From assembly GCF_003058365.1 (NCBI RefSeq), contig NZ_CP028858.1, positions 1,846,836 to 1,910,835 of the forward strand: a DNA stretch of 64,000 nt. Reading direction: 5' to 3'. The notes below the pieces were generated by a model that saw nothing but the letters and a program-made list of their open reading frames with translations, did not search any database and was not told the origin of the DNA. The translations under genes were made by a program, and so were the position numbers. Each line of letters starts with the position of its first letter. The first letter of the stretch is position 1. Below are positions 61,312 through 64,000 of the stretch, piece after piece. This stretch comes from Halococcoides cellulosivorans. GTDB taxonomy: Archaea > Halobacteriota > Halobacteria > Halobacteriales > Haloarculaceae.

Positions 61312-61716
61312 ATGGATTACGACGAGATGCTCGACCGCGGCATGGACGAAACACCCGAAATCGGCGACCGGAGCGGCCGGTTCGAGGTCCCCGACCCGAC
61401 CCTCCGCCAGGAGGGCAACGTCACCGTCTTCGAGAACTACCAGTCGGTGATCGACGACATCGACCGCGACGAAGAGCACGCGATGAAGTCACTCCAGAAC
61501 GAACTCGGGACCAGCGGGCACATCGACGAGAGCGGGCGCGCTCGCCTCACCGGCGAGTTCAGTCAGCGCCGAATGGCCGACGCCCTCGACGCCTACGTCG
61601 AAGAGTTCGTGATCTGTCCGGAATGTAACCTTCCAGACACGCATCTCGAACGCGAACAGGGCGCGCTGCTCTTGCAGTGTGAAGCCTGTGGGGCCCGATC
61701 CTCGACGAACTCGTAG
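61312..61716 (+). CDS. Translation initiation factor 2 subunit beta (aIF2-beta)
   Basis: C-terminal zinc ribbon CPECNLPDT...CEACG. Confidence 0.9.
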   Translation: MDYDEMLDRGMDETPEIGDRSGRFEVPDPTLRQEGNVTVFENYQSVIDDIDRDEEHAMKSLQNELGTSGHIDESGRARLTGEFSQRRMADALDAYVEEFVICPECNLPDTHLEREQGALLLQCEACGARSSTNS

Positions 61717-61774
61717 AGTCCCCCCACCGCCGGTCGTCGTGGACGCGTCGTGGAATCGGGCCCAGAAACGCGAG

Positions 61775-62077
61775 TTACTCGAAGTCGGATTCGAACTCGT
61801 CGTCCGAGGAACTCGACTCGGTCGATTCGACCGTCTCGGACTCGCCACGACCGGACTCCGAAGACGACGAGACCGCGCCGTCTTTGATCTCTTCGAGTTC
61901 CTGTTCGACTTCCTCGCGGCCTTTCTTGAACTCGCCCATCGCCTCGCCGGTCGAGCGAGCGAGCTTCGGAATCTTGTTCGCGCCGAAGAGCAGGACGGCG
62001 ATCAGGAGGATGACGAGCAGTTCGGGCCCCCCAGCCATGCCACCCATACCCGGGATCAGGACGATCATGTCTACCAT
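61775..62077 (-). CDS. tatA: Sec-independent (twin-arginine) translocase protein TatA/E
   Basis: GPELLVILLIAVLLFGANKIPKLARSTGEAMGEFKKG with an acidic tail. Start at internal ATG 62077. Confidence 0.85.
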   Translation of the reverse strand: MVDMIVLIPGMGGMAGGPELLVILLIAVLLFGANKIPKLARSTGEAMGEFKKGREEVEQELEEIKDGAVSSSSESGRGESETVESTESSSSDDEFESDFE

Positions 62078-62259
62078 CTGTACCCCAATGTAGCCTGGTT
62101 CCGAATATAGGCTTTTTGTTCGGCCGTGTTGGACTGGCGCACGGACCGATCGACGGCTCCTCGTTTTCGAGCGCCCACGACCGGGAACCGACCGCACGAG
62201 GGCGATCGATCGAAACCTTCAATGGGGGCCACCCGATACGACTGAATGCACACCAGCGA

Positions 62260-62334
62260 GGGTTCGTGGTCTAGGCTGGTTATGACACCTCCTTGACATG
62301 GAGGAGGCCGGCGGTTCAAATCCGCCCGAACCCA
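62260..62334 (+). tRNA. tRNA-Val (GAC)
   Basis: GGGUUCG acceptor, CCUCC-UUGACAU-GGAGG anticodon arm, GGCGG-UUCAAAU-CCGCC T-arm, CGAACCC + A. 75 nt. Confidence 0.85.
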
Positions 62335-62467
62335 TCAGCATTTTCGCGGATCGAGGCTCCACCGAGCGAAGCGGAAACGCGCAATGGTGAGGGCGGATTC
62401 GAAACAGGGAACGACTGGGAGCGACGCGAGCGGTGAAACCGCGAGCGAAGCGAACGGGAGTGACCGA

Positions 62468-62489
62468 GGTTCAAATCCGCCCGAACCCA
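62468..62489 (+). repeat. 22-nt exact direct repeat of the tRNA-Val 3' end (T-loop plus acceptor), att-like
   Basis: ggttcaaatccgcccgaaccca is identical to 62313-62334. The preceding T-stem is not conserved, so no second tRNA. Confidence 0.7.
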
Positions 62490-62644
62490 CGAGACGACCT
62501 TTTTACGTCGACGGATCGCTTCCAGCGACCCGATCTGCTCACGGCCGCGAAGTCGCCGGTCGGGATCGAACAGCGGGCACACCCTGAGGCAAGGGACAGG
62601 GGCGTTCCGGGCACCCATATGGAACAGGCGAGGTAAGACATACA

Positions 62645-63154
62645 ATGACCCAGGAACGAACGGACCCGTACGACCGATTTGCATCCCAGGCCGAAAGCTA
62701 CGGGGTCGAACTGACCGAGGTGTCGCCCGAAGCGGTCGCCGGGGCGATCGCGGACGCGATCGATCCGCCGGCGATCGGAACGGCGCTCCCGTGGGACGAC
62801 GTTGCACTACCAGCAGGCGTCGCGACAGAACCGACCCCGACGGACATCGAGGCGGCAGTCACGGGCGTGACGGCCGCGTCGCTGGCCATTGCCGACTACC
62901 GGAGTGTCGTCCTCCGGATGGACGAAGCCGGTAGCGAGCCGGTCAGCCTGTTCAACGACCGCCACGTCGCCGTGCTCCGCAAGGACGACCTCGTCCCCGA
63001 CATGGAGGCGGCGTTCGAGTGGTTCGGTGAGCACCTCCGCGAGACACGCGACTCCGCGATCATCGCGACCGGTCCCTCGGCCACCGCCGACATGGGGGCG
63101 CTCGTCCAGGGTGCCCACGGCCCGAAAACCGTCGAGGTGATCGTGATCTCATGA
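62645..63154 (+). CDS. LUD-domain protein (LutC/YkgG-like)
   Basis: DUF162/LUD family features; overlaps the start of the downstream LutB-like gene. Confidence 0.6.
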   Translation: MTQERTDPYDRFASQAESYGVELTEVSPEAVAGAIADAIDPPAIGTALPWDDVALPAGVATEPTPTDIEAAVTGVTAASLAIADYRSVVLRMDEAGSEPVSLFNDRHVAVLRKDDLVPDMEAAFEWFGEHLRETRDSAIIATGPSATADMGALVQGAHGPKTVEVIVIS

Positions 63155-64000
63155 GTTCGAACCGTGACGCGAAGGCAGCCCACATCCGCCACCTCATGGC
63201 GACGGAGGGCGAGGCCGTCGGGACCAACACCCGAGAGTTCAACGACGGGCGGTACGCGTCCGTCGCGAAACTCGACGACTACGAGGCACTCAAAGACGAG
63301 GCCCGCGCGATCAAAGCGGACGCCATCGAGCGGTTGCCCGCCCTCATCGACGAGCTCACCGAAACCATCGAAGACAACGGGGGCACCGTCTACGTCGCGG
63401 ACGATGCTGCCGACGCGAACGCGTACATCGCGAAAGTCTGTGCCGACCGCGACGCCGACCGCCTCGTCAAGAGCAAATCGATGACCAGCGAGGAAATCGA
63501 GGTCAACGACCACCTCGAACGAGAGGGCGTCGACGTCGTCGAGACGGACCTGGGCGAGTGGGTCCTTCAGGTCGCCAACGAAGCGCCAAGCCATATCGTG
63601 GCTCCGGCGATCCACAAGTCACGGGCGGCGATCGCTGATTTGTTCACCGCGACCTTCGACCCCGACGAGGACCTGGAAACCGCCGAAGAGCTGACGATGT
63701 TCGCCCGTGAGCGTCTCGGCGAGTTGATCCAGGGCGCCGACGTGGGTATGACGGGCGCGAACTTCATTACCGCCGACTCGGGAACGATGGCGCTCGTGAC
63801 GAGCGAAGGCAACGCCCGCAAGACAGTGGCCGTCCCGGAGACACAGATCGCCGTCGCGGGCGTCGAGAAGATCGTTCCGAGCGTCGAGGACCTCCAGCCG
63901 TTCGTCGAACTCATCGGCCGGTCCGGGACGGGCCAGGACATTACGAGCTACATCTCGCTGTTGACGCCCCCGCTGGACTCGCCCACCGTCGATTTCGACG
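63151..64000 (+). CDS. LutB-like iron-sulfur protein (LUD domain; partial, continues past window end)
   Basis: N-terminal LUD-type domain (RLVKSKSMTSEEIEVNDHLE...). The 3' end is truncated by the window. Confidence 0.6.
   Translation, partial: MSSNRDAKAAHIRHLMATEGEAVGTNTREFNDGRYASVAKLDDYEALKDEARAIKADAIERLPALIDELTETIEDNGGTVYVADDAADANAYIAKVCADRDADRLVKSKSMTSEEIEVNDHLEREGVDVVETDLGEWVLQVANEAPSHIVAPAIHKSRAAIADLFTATFDPDEDLETAEELTMFARERLGELIQGADVGMTGANFITADSGTMALVTSEGNARKTVAVPETQIAVAGVEKIVPSVEDLQPFVELIGRSGTGQDITSYISLLTPPLDSPTVDFD

Noticed and set aside
62335-62467. Possible intron-containing second tRNA or structured ncRNA between tRNA-Val and its 3'-end repeat
   Set aside because: No 5' acceptor strand (GGGTTCG) precedes the repeated 3' half, and the T-stem before the repeat does not pair. 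It contains a hairpin but I cannot assign it to a known RNA family by eye.

Overview
This is a high-GC (about 65-68%) haloarchaeal chromosomal window, judged from acidic D/E-rich proteins, overlapping start/stop codons and intron-less archaeal tRNAs. Almost all real genes are acidic ORFs, and the many long Arg/Ser/Pro-rich ORFs on the track are antisense or GC artefacts. Content in order: a partial HEAT-repeat protein, a membrane AAA ATPase, a CDP-alcohol phosphatidyltransferase, a TM2 protein and a Ca-type P-type ATPase. Next comes a complete archaellum accessory operon (flaCDE-F-G-H-I-J / arlCDE-J) with no archaellin genes nearby, then enoyl-CoA hydratase, an MtaB-like radical-SAM enzyme, a PGF-CTERM secreted protein, an Obg/YchF-like GTPase and topoisomerase I. 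Two tandem tRNA-Asp genes plus a duplicated 3'-end fragment lie upstream of the RNA polymerase/str-like operon rpoH-rpoB''-rpoA'-rpoA''-nusA-rps12-rps7. That operon conspicuously lacks rpoB' and is not followed by EF-2. After it come an SPFH protein, purM, an Eis-like acetyltransferase, a KaiC-like ATPase cassette with small zinc-ribbon partners, a dolichol-kinase-like membrane protein, glyS, a CBS protein and tRNA-Gly. A 1301-aa Tat-secreted GLUG-repeat/HExxH giant protein with a C-terminal anchor follows, then an RDD protein and a SPOUT methyltransferase. The complete L3-to-SecY ribosomal protein cluster (including Rnp1, S4e, L32e, L19e) comes next, then an MFS transporter, aIF2-beta, TatA, tRNA-Val with a duplicated 3' end, and LutC/LutB-like genes. 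No CRISPR array or obvious integrase/transposase was seen. The main oddities are the missing rpoB', the tRNA 3'-end direct repeats (att-like scars), the KaiC-like cassette and the giant GLUG/HExxH surface protein.
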